From IMG/VR virus record IMGVR_UViG_3300026518_000006, positions 1-64,000 of that record: a stretch of 64,000 nucleotides of DNA; one strand, 5' to 3'. Positions 1 to 8,924 of the stretch are shown here, in pieces. Position numbers and translations under genes: made by a program. How positions within the stretch are numbered: position 1 is the first letter of the stretch; each line of letters starts with the position of its first letter. The notes under the pieces are model-generated. The model saw only the letters and a program-made list of their open reading frames with translations, had not been told where the DNA came from and searched no databases.

Positions 1-114
1 CAATTATATTTAATATCACAAAGATTAAAACATTTTATGTTTTTAGAAAATATTGAGGTTCCTGATACAGAAATTATGAATTTGAGAGATAGATATTTAG
101 AGTATTTTATTTAA
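1..114 (+). CDS. 3' end of a hypothetical protein (5'-truncated) ending in the EYFI tag
   Basis: Frame open from base 1 to TAA 112-114; ends ...NLRDRYLEYFI*. Confidence 0.75.
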   Translation, partial: QLYLISQRLKHFMFLENIEVPDTEIMNLRDRYLEYFI

Positions 115-163
115 AGTTTAAAGATAATATAATATTAAAACAATATAATAAAAAGAGGGTTTT

Positions 164-358
164 ATGAATATAGATGTGAAACTAACATACAACGATTTAA
201 AGTTATTCCTGAGTGATAAAGATGTTGAAGAAATTGAAAATTTTCCTACACCGACAATACAACAGGCTAAACAAATGAAAAAACTTTGGGAAAGAACATA
301 CGGCTCTACTCTTCTTAGAGGTGAAGATAGGGAAAGTATTATAGGGGGATTATTATGA
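164..358 (+). CDS. hypothetical protein, possibly frameshifted away from the tag-bearing tail at 355-408
   Basis: 64 aa ORF with AGAGGG RBS downstream of TATAAT-like boxes. Confidence 0.65.
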   Translation: MNIDVKLTYNDLKLFLSDKDVEEIENFPTPTIQQAKQMKKLWERTYGSTLLRGEDRESIIGGLL

Positions 359-408
359 TGAAGCCATATTTAAAAGTCCTAAAAGAATACCCTGAACTGT
401 TTATATAA
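355..408 (+). CDS. 17-aa micro-ORF MMKPYLKVLKEYPELFI (tag-only peptide, or frameshifted tail of 164..358)
   Basis: Hand translation; ATGA overlap with upstream stop; AGGGGG RBS-like at 343-348. Confidence 0.5.
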   Translation: MMKPYLKVLKEYPELFI

Positions 409-423
409 GAAGGATAATAAAAA

Positions 424-714
424 ATGAAAAATATAGAAAACGCCCCGTTTAGTGTAGGTTTAACAGTATATCACATAAAAGAGTTTAAGATAACAGAGTT
501 TATTGTGTTTAAACAGAGCAATAATTTTTTTATGGATATATTGGGGAATAGATATTCTAAAAAGAAGTGTTTTTCTGAGAAAAAATACGCTGAGTTTGAA
601 GTATATAAAAATATTAAAAGATTGCTGAATGATAACAAACTTACATTTGAAATGATTGATTCAATCAGAGAAAAGTATAATGAGTACAATAAGACAACAA
701 AACAAATAACATAA
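424..714 (+). CDS. hypothetical protein
   Basis: 96 aa ORF, AAGGA RBS, within a tightly packed operon. Confidence 0.7.
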   Translation: MKNIENAPFSVGLTVYHIKEFKITEFIVFKQSNNFFMDILGNRYSKKKCFSEKKYAEFEVYKNIKRLLNDNKLTFEMIDSIREKYNEYNKTTKQIT

Positions 715-723
715 AGGATAACA

Positions 724-1125
724 ATGGATGATTTTATTAAATACAGAAATGCCCTGAATAATAACTATACAAATTATAATATCACTTACGACAAATATGA
801 GATTAAGTATTTACTTAGCCTTGGTAAAAAAGTTGAGATTATCGAAGTAAAAAAGTATGAATACTCAGACAAAAATACAGAAAAACTTATCGTTAATGGC
901 GTTATCCCTATTTATTTGGGTTGGAGAAAGACATTTAGAGGGGTTGATGATGGTGCAAAATATGGCGTGTATGTGGATAAAAATGATGTTTTAGCTGATA
1001 TTGTGGAGTATTATAAAATCAAGAAGTTGTTATTGAAGAAGTATAAAAAGAACTATGACAATACATTGAAATATATTAAAGATATAGAAGAGGTTATGAA
1101 AGGAAATGAGGAGTATATGATATGA
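724..1125 (+). CDS. hypothetical protein with C-terminal tag (EEYMI)
   Basis: 133 aa ORF with RBS; ATGA-coupled to next gene. Confidence 0.75.
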   Translation: MDDFIKYRNALNNNYTNYNITYDKYEIKYLLSLGKKVEIIEVKKYEYSDKNTEKLIVNGVIPIYLGWRKTFRGVDDGAKYGVYVDKNDVLADIVEYYKIKKLLLKKYKKNYDNTLKYIKDIEEVMKGNEEYMI

Positions 1126-1496
1126 TTATTCAGTCTAATAAAGAGATAAAAATATTTTACAACCATTTTGTTGCTGAAGAATTGAATGAAGATGGGTCGC
1201 CAAAATACCAACCACCAACACCTCCTCATAAGATTGACTCTGAAGTGGATAGTTTTGTCCTGAGTAAATCTTTCATTCCTAAAGAGTTGCACATTAAGAT
1301 GGTTCCTGATTATTCAGTTAATGGTGATATAGATAACAGAGAGTATTTTTATGAGCTACACTTAATAGATTATACTATTACCAGTAGAAATTTACAGTTT
1401 ATCAGAATGTTGCTCAAAGTTATAGCTGATTATAGAGCGGAAAAAATTGACTATGATTATAATATTATTGAAAATTACCCCCAAATGTTTGTGTAG
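1122..1496 (+). CDS. hypothetical protein with C-terminal tag (YPQMFV)
   Basis: 124 aa ORF coupled to upstream gene. Confidence 0.75.
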   Translation: MIIQSNKEIKIFYNHFVAEELNEDGSPKYQPPTPPHKIDSEVDSFVLSKSFIPKELHIKMVPDYSVNGDIDNREYFYELHLIDYTITSRNLQFIRMLLKVIADYRAEKIDYDYNIIENYPQMFV

Positions 1497-1504
1497 GGTG
1501 AACA

Positions 1505-1826
1505 ATGTCCGACTTAGAAAAAAATAAGCTTGTTGAGGGTGGTGTATATAGCGTAGATTTTAGTGACTATAGTTTTAGTAGTGAAATAAGCCAAAAAAAA
1601 GAAATCTGTAATTCACATAAGAAGTATCAAAGAAGATAGTTTTATATTTGTATTTGTTATAACAAATAATAATCAACTGAATCCTAATTTTAAGCGTCTG
1701 CAAGCTAAATCCAAAAATTTAAAAATGAGGTATTTAGGGATAAATACAAAAACCGACTCTAATATTAAAACATACCCATTAATACAACAAGAAATAATAA
1801 ACAATTATCCTGAAATTTTAATTTAG
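1505..1826 (+). pseudogene. frameshifted hypothetical gene with C-terminal tag (YPEILI)
   Basis: ATG 1505; A8 run 1593-1600; removing one A gives a continuous frame ending NNYPEILI* at 1826. Confidence 0.7.
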
Positions 1827-1877
1827 TTTTGCTTTATTCGACTACCCATCTATATTTAAAGCTATATTAAATATTAA

Positions 1878-2231
1878 TTGTGGTACACTTTTATAAAAGA
1901 GATAGGGGTGTTTATGATAAAAGAACTAATTCCAAACAAAATATACTATAGAGGTAATACAAAACCACCATTTTATACAGAAGAAATGGCTACTGTGATA
2001 AATGATGATGGAACTTTTGGGGATGCAACCCATCCCCGTATAAACGCTATTGAGATAGCTTTAAAGTATTGGTGTGAAACAAAAGAAGAAGCAATAGAAA
2101 ATATGATTTCTTATTACTTTACTTTGCGTAATTACAAAGAAGATTTTAATAATAAATCAGATGCGTATAGGGATTTTGTTAACGATATGAAAGAGTATCT
2201 TATTAAACAACACCCTGAGTATTTAGTATAA
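1878..2231 (+). CDS. hypothetical protein with C-terminal tag (HPEYLV); likely start 1914
   Basis: ORF track; AGGGG RBS before ATG 1914. Confidence 0.75.
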   Translation: MWYTFIKEIGVFMIKELIPNKIYYRGNTKPPFYTEEMATVINDDGTFGDATHPRINAIEIALKYWCETKEEAIENMISYYFTLRNYKEDFNNKSDAYRDFVNDMKEYLIKQHPEYLV

Positions 2232-2257
2232 AATATCATAAAAATTGAGAGGATAAA

Positions 2258-2611
2258 ATGATTGATTTAGAAAATTTTGGGTATAAATGCTTCAACACAC
2301 AAGAAGACCCGATAATAACAACTACAGAATACCAAAAAAGAATGGACATAATACCTAAATATAAAGATTTCCCAAAGTGTAACACTAACAACAAAATTAT
2401 CATTAATATAGTCCACGCAATAGCACATATAAATGGTGAAAATTTTGAATCATATTCTATGTCTATAGTTCAAGATAGTAATGATATTTGGTGTAATTTA
2501 AAGTTTTATTCATTAAATGAGAAAGATATTTTAAAATACGGTCTTGATGAGTTTGAGGATAGACTTATAGAACTTTGGAAACACAATTATTTTTTACAGT
2601 ATCAGATTTAA
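2258..2611 (+). CDS. hypothetical protein
   Basis: 117 aa ORF with GAGG RBS. Confidence 0.7.
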   Translation: MIDLENFGYKCFNTQEDPIITTTEYQKRMDIIPKYKDFPKCNTNNKIIINIVHAIAHINGENFESYSMSIVQDSNDIWCNLKFYSLNEKDILKYGLDEFEDRLIELWKHNYFLQYQI

Positions 2612-2620
2612 AGAGTAAAT

Positions 2621-2967
2621 ATGAAATTGACAATCAATAACATTTCTATAGTAGATATGCCTATAAAAATAAACAATATCAACGAGCTTAGGCTATTTGC
2701 ACAACTAATAGAAGTTGATTATGATGAATATTTTAAACTTTACAAAGAAGTGGAGATAGAAACATCAAATGTAAGCGATAGGCATTATATGTTTCCTATG
2801 TTGGTTATGGTCAAAAAGAGACATTTTCACGAGAGGTTATGTATGAATTACTTCACAACCCGTATTATCCAACCAAAAAAGAAATGGAATTGTACAACTC
2901 AAAACATTGGCATAAGTACATAGAATTAAAGTGTTTTATTAATAAAGAAATGGAGTACTTCATATGA
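2621..2967 (+). pseudogene. frameshifted hypothetical gene with C-terminal tag (MEYFI)
   Basis: 0-frame stops at 2923; -1 frame is open from 2783 and ends KEMEYFI* at 2967 with an ATGA overlap onto the next gene. Confidence 0.65.
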
Positions 2968-3275
2968 ATTTAATTTTATCCAATCAATTCTGTGAAGAAT
3001 ATAAAAACAAAAAAGAAATATTACATAAAGGTGATATTGTTATTTATAAAGATATAGATACAAAGAGATGGGAAAACTATATTGTAATAGGAAAAGTTGT
3101 ATATACAAGTGCAATTAAAAGCGATAAAGTTAGAATTTTGGCTATTAAGTCATTTGGAAATGATAACTTGAATATGATTTCGGATTATGGGTATGTTATA
3201 ACTAAAAAAATGATAATGTATAAGATAATAGATTTTGAGTTATTTCTTGAAAATAATTCAGAGCATTTTATATAG
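2964..3275 (+). CDS. hypothetical protein, paralogue family (FCEEYK...KGDxV), tag SEHFI
   Basis: N-terminus similar to 3285 and 3605 ORFs. Confidence 0.75.
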   Translation: MNLILSNQFCEEYKNKKEILHKGDIVIYKDIDTKRWENYIVIGKVVYTSAIKSDKVRILAIKSFGNDNLNMISDYGYVITKKMIMYKIIDFELFLENNSEHFI

Positions 3276-3284
3276 GTTGTTAAT

Positions 3285-3608
3285 ATGATTATATCAGATA
3301 AATTCTGTGAAGAATATAAATCACAACAAATTAAAAAAGGCGATTATGTGGTTTATAGGTATGAGGATGGTATAGCCCGATATTTAGATGAAGATTATCA
3401 CGAGTACCCTTTTTGTTTGATATATGGGGTAATTGTGTCGGTTTCTCCATTAAAAATAAAAGAGATATGTGTTGTGGGTGGCAAACTCCCTGATGGTCAA
3501 ACATTATGGTCTGATGAATTAGGGATAAGTTTAGATAACAGAAAGATAAAATATGTTATAATAGACAATATTTTGTTTGAACAAACTAATGCGGAGTATT
3601 TTGTATGA
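3285..3608 (+). CDS. hypothetical protein, paralogue family, tag AEYFV
   Basis: ISDKFCEEYK...KKGDYVVY. Confidence 0.75.
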   Translation: MIISDKFCEEYKSQQIKKGDYVVYRYEDGIARYLDEDYHEYPFCLIYGVIVSVSPLKIKEICVVGGKLPDGQTLWSDELGISLDNRKIKYVIIDNILFEQTNAEYFV

Positions 3609-3913
3609 TTAAGTTTAATAAATTTGGTGTAGAAAAATACAACAATCAAAGGCTAAACAAAAATGATTGGATTATTTATCCTGTATGTAATGGGGAATCA
3701 CCTTATTATTTTAATAATGATTGTTGTTTTATGGTGAGTAAAATCAAAAAAGTAAATGTAGATGCAGTAAAAGCTAAAGAATATGTGCCATTGGGTAGAC
3801 TACCTAAAAATCAAAAAAAGTTTAAAAAAACATTAGTGCATAAAAATGAAATTCTATTTATCATAGCTGATTATAAACTATTCATAAAAAATAACGCAGA
3901 GTATTTTGTATAA
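3605..3913 (+). CDS. hypothetical protein, paralogue family, tag AEYFV
   Basis: KFGVEKYN...KNDWIIY; ATGA coupling. Confidence 0.75.
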   Translation: MIKFNKFGVEKYNNQRLNKNDWIIYPVCNGESPYYFNNDCCFMVSKIKKVNVDAVKAKEYVPLGRLPKNQKKFKKTLVHKNEILFIIADYKLFIKNNAEYFV

Positions 3914-3943
3914 GGACTTAGTAAGGGTGACAAAAACACAGAA

Positions 3944-4288
3944 ATGAAGTGGCTTTTAACTATGGAGGGGGATAAACCCGCCATTTACAGGATTGTAGAT
4001 GAATTCGATGGCTCATATAAAATAGAAGAGAAAAAATACCAATATTACTCTTTCAAATATATAAAGAAACATAGACCAGTAAAACTCTTTAGAACCAAGG
4101 CTTTGGCTACAAAATATATGCGTAAAATAATACCTTTAATACCAAAGGCATTCGAAGAAGATGAAACTATTAAACAGAAAAAAACTGAAATCAAAAAACT
4201 TCAAAACGAATTAAGAGAATACAAGGAGCAAATTCGACACACATTAATTAAAAGAGCTGATAAAGTGTTTCCTGAGTATTTTATATGA
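3944..4288 (+). CDS. hypothetical protein with C-terminal tag (FPEYFI)
   Basis: 114 aa ORF. Confidence 0.75.
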   Translation: MKWLLTMEGDKPAIYRIVDEFDGSYKIEEKKYQYYSFKYIKKHRPVKLFRTKALATKYMRKIIPLIPKAFEEDETIKQKKTEIKKLQNELREYKEQIRHTLIKRADKVFPEYFI

Positions 4289-4596
4289 GAACTACAAAAT
4301 TAAAAACAAACACCACCTATTATGTTTGGCATTCAAAATACCCATTTTATAAAGAAGTGGTAATACTTGGTTTTAGTCACGATAACACAAGGTATTATAC
4401 AAAAAAGAAAGAAAAATATGCTATGGTCAGAAATGCTGAAATAACTTTCAAAGATACTAAAGAGCAGGCTATAGCCGATACAGTTAGGAGATATTTTTAT
4501 TATAAACACACAGAAACAGACAGAACTTATTTTCAAGACGAGTTTTTAGAAGAAGTAGAAAAATATACGGACAATTTGCTTGAGTTCTTTGTGTGA
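4285..4596 (+). CDS. hypothetical protein with C-terminal tag (LEFFV)
   Basis: 103 aa ORF with ATGA coupling. Confidence 0.75.
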   Translation: MRTTKLKTNTTYYVWHSKYPFYKEVVILGFSHDNTRYYTKKKEKYAMVRNAEITFKDTKEQAIADTVRRYFYYKHTETDRTYFQDEFLEEVEKYTDNLLEFFV

Positions 4597-4609
4597 ATAG
4601 GACAATTAA

Positions 4610-4899
4610 ATGAAACTGATGTTGATATTTCATCATAAAGATTGGTTCTCTAAACGATTTTTTAAAGATAGCGATGGTTGTTTTTGGGAAACAGAAACAT
4701 TAAGGAATGATTTTGAAATAGACAAAATGTTTTCATCACATTTAGAAAGTGAAGAGTTATATCCATCTATATGCCAAGAACTTCAAGGAGATTGTATTAT
4801 TATTGATAGTGATGATTTTAACCAAAAAATATATCAAGCTAAAATGTGGGGCATAAAAAAGTTGTAAATTCTGAGGAACATCCTCAATATTTCATATAA
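4610..4899 (+). pseudogene. frameshifted hypothetical gene with C-terminal tag (HPQYFI)
   Basis: 0-frame stops at 4867; one extra A in the A6 run 4855-4860 (ATA AAA AAG) reads on to VVNSEEHPQYFI* at 4899. Confidence 0.7.
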
Positions 4900-4910
4900 C
4901 TCTATTAAAT

Positions 4911-5020
4911 ATTTTACTTTTTAAAAAAGTAAAATCTTTAAAAGTACTCAAATAGCACTCAAAAACACTTGACTTCTTCTAAAGATTATTGTATAATAGG
5001 TATAAAAAGAGATAAAGGAT
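4911..5020 (+). promoter_or_regulatory. dispersed cassette: AT palindrome + sigma70 early promoter + RBS
   Basis: Palindrome 4911-4935; TTGACT 4969-74, 17 nt, TATAAT 4992-97; AAAGGA. Confidence 0.85.
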
Positions 5021-5024
5021 TGAA

Positions 5025-5234
5025 ATGAAGAAAGTAGCTGTTGTTTTTGATGGAAAAAGAGGATATATGTTCTACCGAATTAATGGTGGTTGTAATGATG
5101 GAAAATACAACCAAATGGGATATATCACCAATGAAAACGAGTTGAAAAGTCGAGATGCAGTGTTTTTTGAGAGTGTTGTAGACGCAGGTAATTATATCAC
5201 TGCAAAAAGACGAGAAGCCTATAATCTATGCTAA
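5025..5234 (+). CDS. hypothetical protein
   Basis: 69 aa ORF directly downstream of the promoter cassette. Confidence 0.7.
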   Translation: MKKVAVVFDGKRGYMFYRINGGCNDGKYNQMGYITNENELKSRDAVFFESVVDAGNYITAKRREAYNLC

Positions 5235-5888
5235 ACCCGCTATCCACATATATATTTCTTTTCGTTTTTCGTAACTATCTGTATATCTATTTATTTTCTT
5301 AGTAACACAGTCTATATGGTCGCATTCGTAACATTTATTTGTATACCAAAAGGCTAAAGCAGTTAATGTGGATACTTCTATAGTATTTATTTCAGCTTCC
5401 AATAATTCAGGAGTTAAGTGTTTTCCTAAAACTTTATTTATTACTTCAGTCATTTTTTCATAATTTTCACGACCTGTTAGTTGAAAATATCCACCCCCTC
5501 TAAATCGATACCCATCACCTGAGTTTATATCCCCATTTCCAATTCTATTTGCATATGCAATATTTCCTATGTTCACTTTGTTCGCTTTCTGTATATATTC
5601 TCTACCCCGCTTTATATAACCATCTCTTTCTGCCCATTTGGGGTTATTTCTATACCGTTTAAAGATTGATTTTAACGCAGACACAGAATAATTAAGATTT
5701 TCTCTTTTTGGTTTTAGGTCATAACCAGTTTCTGCTACTATTTGTGCAAGAAAGAAATTCTCTTGTACTTCAGTTTTAACACCAAATGCTTCTGCCTTTG
5801 AACTAAATACTTTATAAAAAGCATCTATATCTTCTTCAGAAGCCTTTTTAAAAATTTTTTTTAATTTATCTTTAGTTGTATGAATCAT
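5226..5888 (-). CDS. endolysin, glycoside hydrolase family 19 (chitinase-class lysozyme)
   Basis: FLAQIVAETG and GDGYRFRGGGYFQLTGRENY motifs. Confidence 0.9.
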   Translation of the reverse strand: MIHTTKDKLKKIFKKASEEDIDAFYKVFSSKAEAFGVKTEVQENFFLAQIVAETGYDLKPKRENLNYSVSALKSIFKRYRNNPKWAERDGYIKRGREYIQKANKVNIGNIAYANRIGNGDINSGDGYRFRGGGYFQLTGRENYEKMTEVINKVLGKHLTPELLEAEINTIEVSTLTALAFWYTNKCYECDHIDCVTKKINRYTDSYEKRKEIYMWIAGLA

Positions 5889-5905
5889 ATGTTTTCCTTA
5901 TAATA

Positions 5906-6208
5906 TTACTTTTTGTTGTTGTTCAAATAGTCTTTTAAGCTTTCAAGTCTATATATCAATATTCTTTGATTTGAAACTAAATCTTTTTCTAAATTTAGCA
6001 TTTCTCTTAACAATGATGCTATTTCTTTCTCATCTTTAGCACGGTTATAGTCAGAAGAAATTATATTTCTATTCATTTCTTGTATTTCTTGTTTATTTTT
6101 CATTAGCATATTTTGTTGATAATTTTCCATAAAAATAACAACAGCACTAGCTATCAGCATCATCAGACGCTCCAATCCTATATGTTCGTCTTTTTTCTTT
6201 TCTTCCAC
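5906..6208 (-). CDS. putative lysis accessory membrane protein (holin/spanin-like)
   Basis: One hydrophobic segment plus coiled coil; directly upstream of endolysin, behind a late promoter. Confidence 0.45.
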   Translation of the reverse strand: MEEKKKDEHIGLERLMMLIASAVVIFMENYQQNMLMKNKQEIQEMNRNIISSDYNRAKDEKEIASLLREMLNLEKDLVSNQRILIYRLESLKDYLNNNKK

Positions 6209-6234
6209 AAGAATTCCTTTCTTTCTAAGTAAGG

Positions 6235-6242
6235 TATTTATA
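6235..6242 (-). promoter_or_regulatory. T4-type late promoter TATAAATA
   Basis: Exact match upstream of the lysis genes. Confidence 0.65.
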
Positions 6243-6269
6243 ACAATAGTTATATCATCTAAAATATAC

Positions 6270-6734
6270 TCATTTCACACCTAATTCTTTTTCCCCCATA
6301 ACCTTCCAAATAATATTTCTCTCTTTACAAAACTTCTCTGCTTCTTTCCATTTAGCTTGATTTATAGGGTCACTCCATTGTTTTTGTGGCTTTACCTCTA
6401 TCAACATTTTTTTGCCGTCTTTCCACTTCACTAAAAAGTCAGGAAAATATCGGTGCTCTTGTCCATCTTTTGGGCTTATGTATGGGATAGAAAATGGTTC
6501 ACAAGTCCAATATTCAACATCTGTGTTTGTGTCGAGGTATTTCATAAGTTTAAGTTCCCAACCACTTCTATATTCAGGATATACCCCTTTATTCATATAG
6601 TTGTCAAAGGGTTGTTTATACTTATTTTCATTAATAGGTTTATAAAACCCTTTTTTAAATTTGCTTCTGCCTCCATCTTCTTGAACTTGTCGTCTTTTTC
6701 GTTTTCGTGAAAATCGTCTCCCTCTACTAATCAA
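6270..6734 (-). CDS. head completion nuclease, T4 gp4-like (TnsA endonuclease fold)
   Basis: YRSGWE..MKYLD, EPFSIPYISPKDG..HRYFPDF, IEVKP. Confidence 0.85.
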   Translation of the reverse strand: MISRGRRFSRKRKRRQVQEDGGRSKFKKGFYKPINENKYKQPFDNYMNKGVYPEYRSGWELKLMKYLDTNTDVEYWTCEPFSIPYISPKDGQEHRYFPDFLVKWKDGKKMLIEVKPQKQWSDPINQAKWKEAEKFCKERNIIWKVMGEKELGVK

Positions 6735-6808
6735 TGTCTTTCCTTAATAAGTATTTAAACTAAATTTCGCTATAGTGGTTTAATCCAAAATATTTATAAG
6801 GCTTTAAG

Positions 6809-7366
6809 ATGAGAAAAAACAAAATAAGAAAAATTAAAAAGCAACAACTAAAAACAAAAAGCAAAATTCTAAAAGAGAAACAAGAAACACTCAAAACCTA
6901 TAAGCTAAATTCAGAATATAAAGAGGAAACCCCCAACTTTAATTTTTATGATTATTTTTCAAAATATCTAATAAAAGAAATAAGTGATGATATTACTAAC
7001 AATACTGTCACTTATACTCCTCTGTCAGAAATTGAAAATATTGAAGTAAGTTTCACTTTTGACACTTCAGCATTTCTAAGCGTATACAATGATGATATTC
7101 TTGGTAGTCTTACTGATAGAGATAAAAAGAAAATGAAAGTTTCTGAAACATTGGATGAATATGATAAAGATATAGAACGGCTTCAAAAAATTAAGTACAG
7201 TCTTCCAAATAAATATGGAGGTAGGTCAAATAATAAAAAAAAATTTAGTGGCTATGAAGATAGAAGTAGAATAGCCAATGAAGAAATCAGATTAGATAAA
7301 AAAATCAAAAAATTAATAAAAGAAAAGGAAAATTTCTATAATGAGCACCTTGAATACTTCATATAA
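6809..7366 (+). CDS. hypothetical protein with C-terminal tag (HLEYFI)
   Basis: 185 aa basic/coiled-coil ORF. Confidence 0.75.
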   Translation: MRKNKIRKIKKQQLKTKSKILKEKQETLKTYKLNSEYKEETPNFNFYDYFSKYLIKEISDDITNNTVTYTPLSEIENIEVSFTFDTSAFLSVYNDDILGSLTDRDKKKMKVSETLDEYDKDIERLQKIKYSLPNKYGGRSNNKKKFSGYEDRSRIANEEIRLDKKIKKLIKEKENFYNEHLEYFI

Positions 7367-7604
7367 TTTTCCTTTGACTGTTGATGAAAGAGAAATGTTG
7401 TTAGAAAAAGCCAAAACAAATATATTGGTAATTAAATATGTTAAAAAAGACATAGAAAAACACAAAGAAAGAGAAAAGTTAATCAAGAATTATTTAGAAG
7501 AGAGAGCTTGGGGCAAAAAACTACAAGCTCTTGAGAATAAATTAAATGATTTTGAAAAAGAACTCCAAGAGGTAATTGATAAAGCTCCTGAGCTCTTTAT
7601 TTGA
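7341..7604 (+). CDS. hypothetical coiled-coil protein with C-terminal tag (APELFI)
   Basis: 87 aa ORF. Confidence 0.7.
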   Translation: MSTLNTSYNFPLTVDEREMLLEKAKTNILVIKYVKKDIEKHKEREKLIKNYLEERAWGKKLQALENKLNDFEKELQEVIDKAPELFI

Positions 7605-8127
7605 AATCTTTATCTGCATAGTGCCACTCAGGGAAACTTATAGACGCTGAAGCCAACCACATATCTTCAGGCATTTGAATTACTTTTTGTGAGACTCTTC
7701 GTATTGCATATCTTCTTAATATAGGGGTGCCCTCAAATCTTTTAATTAAAGGCTTCACATCTTCATACATTAAATCAGGCTTCTTTTCCAACATTTCCAA
7801 TACCAACGAAGCCAATAGTACCCGCTGTTTTTCAGGCATCCAATGAATATTAAGTCCTAAAAAGTGTTTTTTATTCTGTCTTGAAAGCCCTAAAGACACA
7901 ACCAAAGGGTTTTTATCAAACTTTTTATCTTTATGAATCGCATCATATTTGAATGTTATCAGACTCCCAGGTTTAAAATTCTTAGGTGTTTTCTTTGTGG
8001 TGTACTCTTTTTTGTTTTTAATAATACTTTTTTTGATTTTCTTTAAGGTTTTCTTTGTGGCTTTAAAAAAGTCTTTTGCTTTTTTATAAGCTTTTTTAAA
8101 TATGTTTTCATTTAGGCAGTCACTCAT
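7597..8127 (-). CDS. DNA end protector, T4 gp2-like
   Basis: PGSLITFKYDA..K..FDKNPLV...FLGLNIHW motif. Confidence 0.8.
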   Translation of the reverse strand: MSDCLNENIFKKAYKKAKDFFKATKKTLKKIKKSIIKNKKEYTTKKTPKNFKPGSLITFKYDAIHKDKKFDKNPLVVSLGLSRQNKKHFLGLNIHWMPEKQRVLLASLVLEMLEKKPDLMYEDVKPLIKRFEGTPILRRYAIRRVSQKVIQMPEDMWLASASISFPEWHYADKDFK

Positions 8128-8135
8128 AAATATCC

Positions 8136-8843
8136 TTATATTTTTAAAGGTGTTTTGGGATTTGTTGGTATAAATTTACCGTCTTTAAATCTTGGGGTCA
8201 TAGACCACTTCATTATTTTTTCTTGATTTCTTAGAATTTTATAGTTTATCTCAGCTTCAAGATGTCCTAATTTTTGCTTACCTTGCTTCTCCAACAACAC
8301 ATCACCAACAGGTATTCCATTTTTTATGTTTCTATCAAATGCCATAGCTAATCTGATACTTCCATTTATATATTTACCAAGAGGAAAAATAAGACCGTAT
8401 GGCTTTGAGAGAGAAAATAACTGCTCTTTATTGATATAATTAAATATTATCACATAATCTTGAGATAAAGCATAATCAAAGACGTCATTGTTGATATAGT
8501 CTCTAATGTTGCTTTGTTTATTCGTTATTCTATATAATTTAACTTCATCATTTTGTTTGACGGGCTTAACTTTTTGAACACACCAACGCCACTCATTACC
8601 ATTTATAGTGTCGTAATTCATCATAATTGGTTTTTGTCCACCATCTAATAACAAAAAGAAGTTATATGGAGATAATACATTTATGTACTCTGTGTATTCC
8701 ACTCCATTATTTTCAAGAGCATTCAGCGATTCATTATATTGAGAAATAGAATAGTAGTTGTCAATTGTAAATAAATCTGAACGCTTTGGTATAGCTTCAT
8801 TTATTGCTGTTTTTGGTTCTAAGTCTTGTCTTGTATTTTCCAT
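8136..8843 (-). CDS. hypothetical protein (late)
   Basis: 235 aa ORF; TATAAATA at 8848-8855 on the minus strand. Confidence 0.7.
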   Translation of the reverse strand: MENTRQDLEPKTAINEAIPKRSDLFTIDNYYSISQYNESLNALENNGVEYTEYINVLSPYNFFLLLDGGQKPIMMNYDTINGNEWRWCVQKVKPVKQNDEVKLYRITNKQSNIRDYINNDVFDYALSQDYVIIFNYINKEQLFSLSKPYGLIFPLGKYINGSIRLAMAFDRNIKNGIPVGDVLLEKQGKQKLGHLEAEINYKILRNQEKIMKWSMTPRFKDGKFIPTNPKTPLKI

Positions 8844-8924
8844 ACTCTATTTATATCTAATTACTATTAACCTAATATTAAGGTTATTTAAATACAATAC
8901 AAAATTAAGATAAAAGGAATTACT

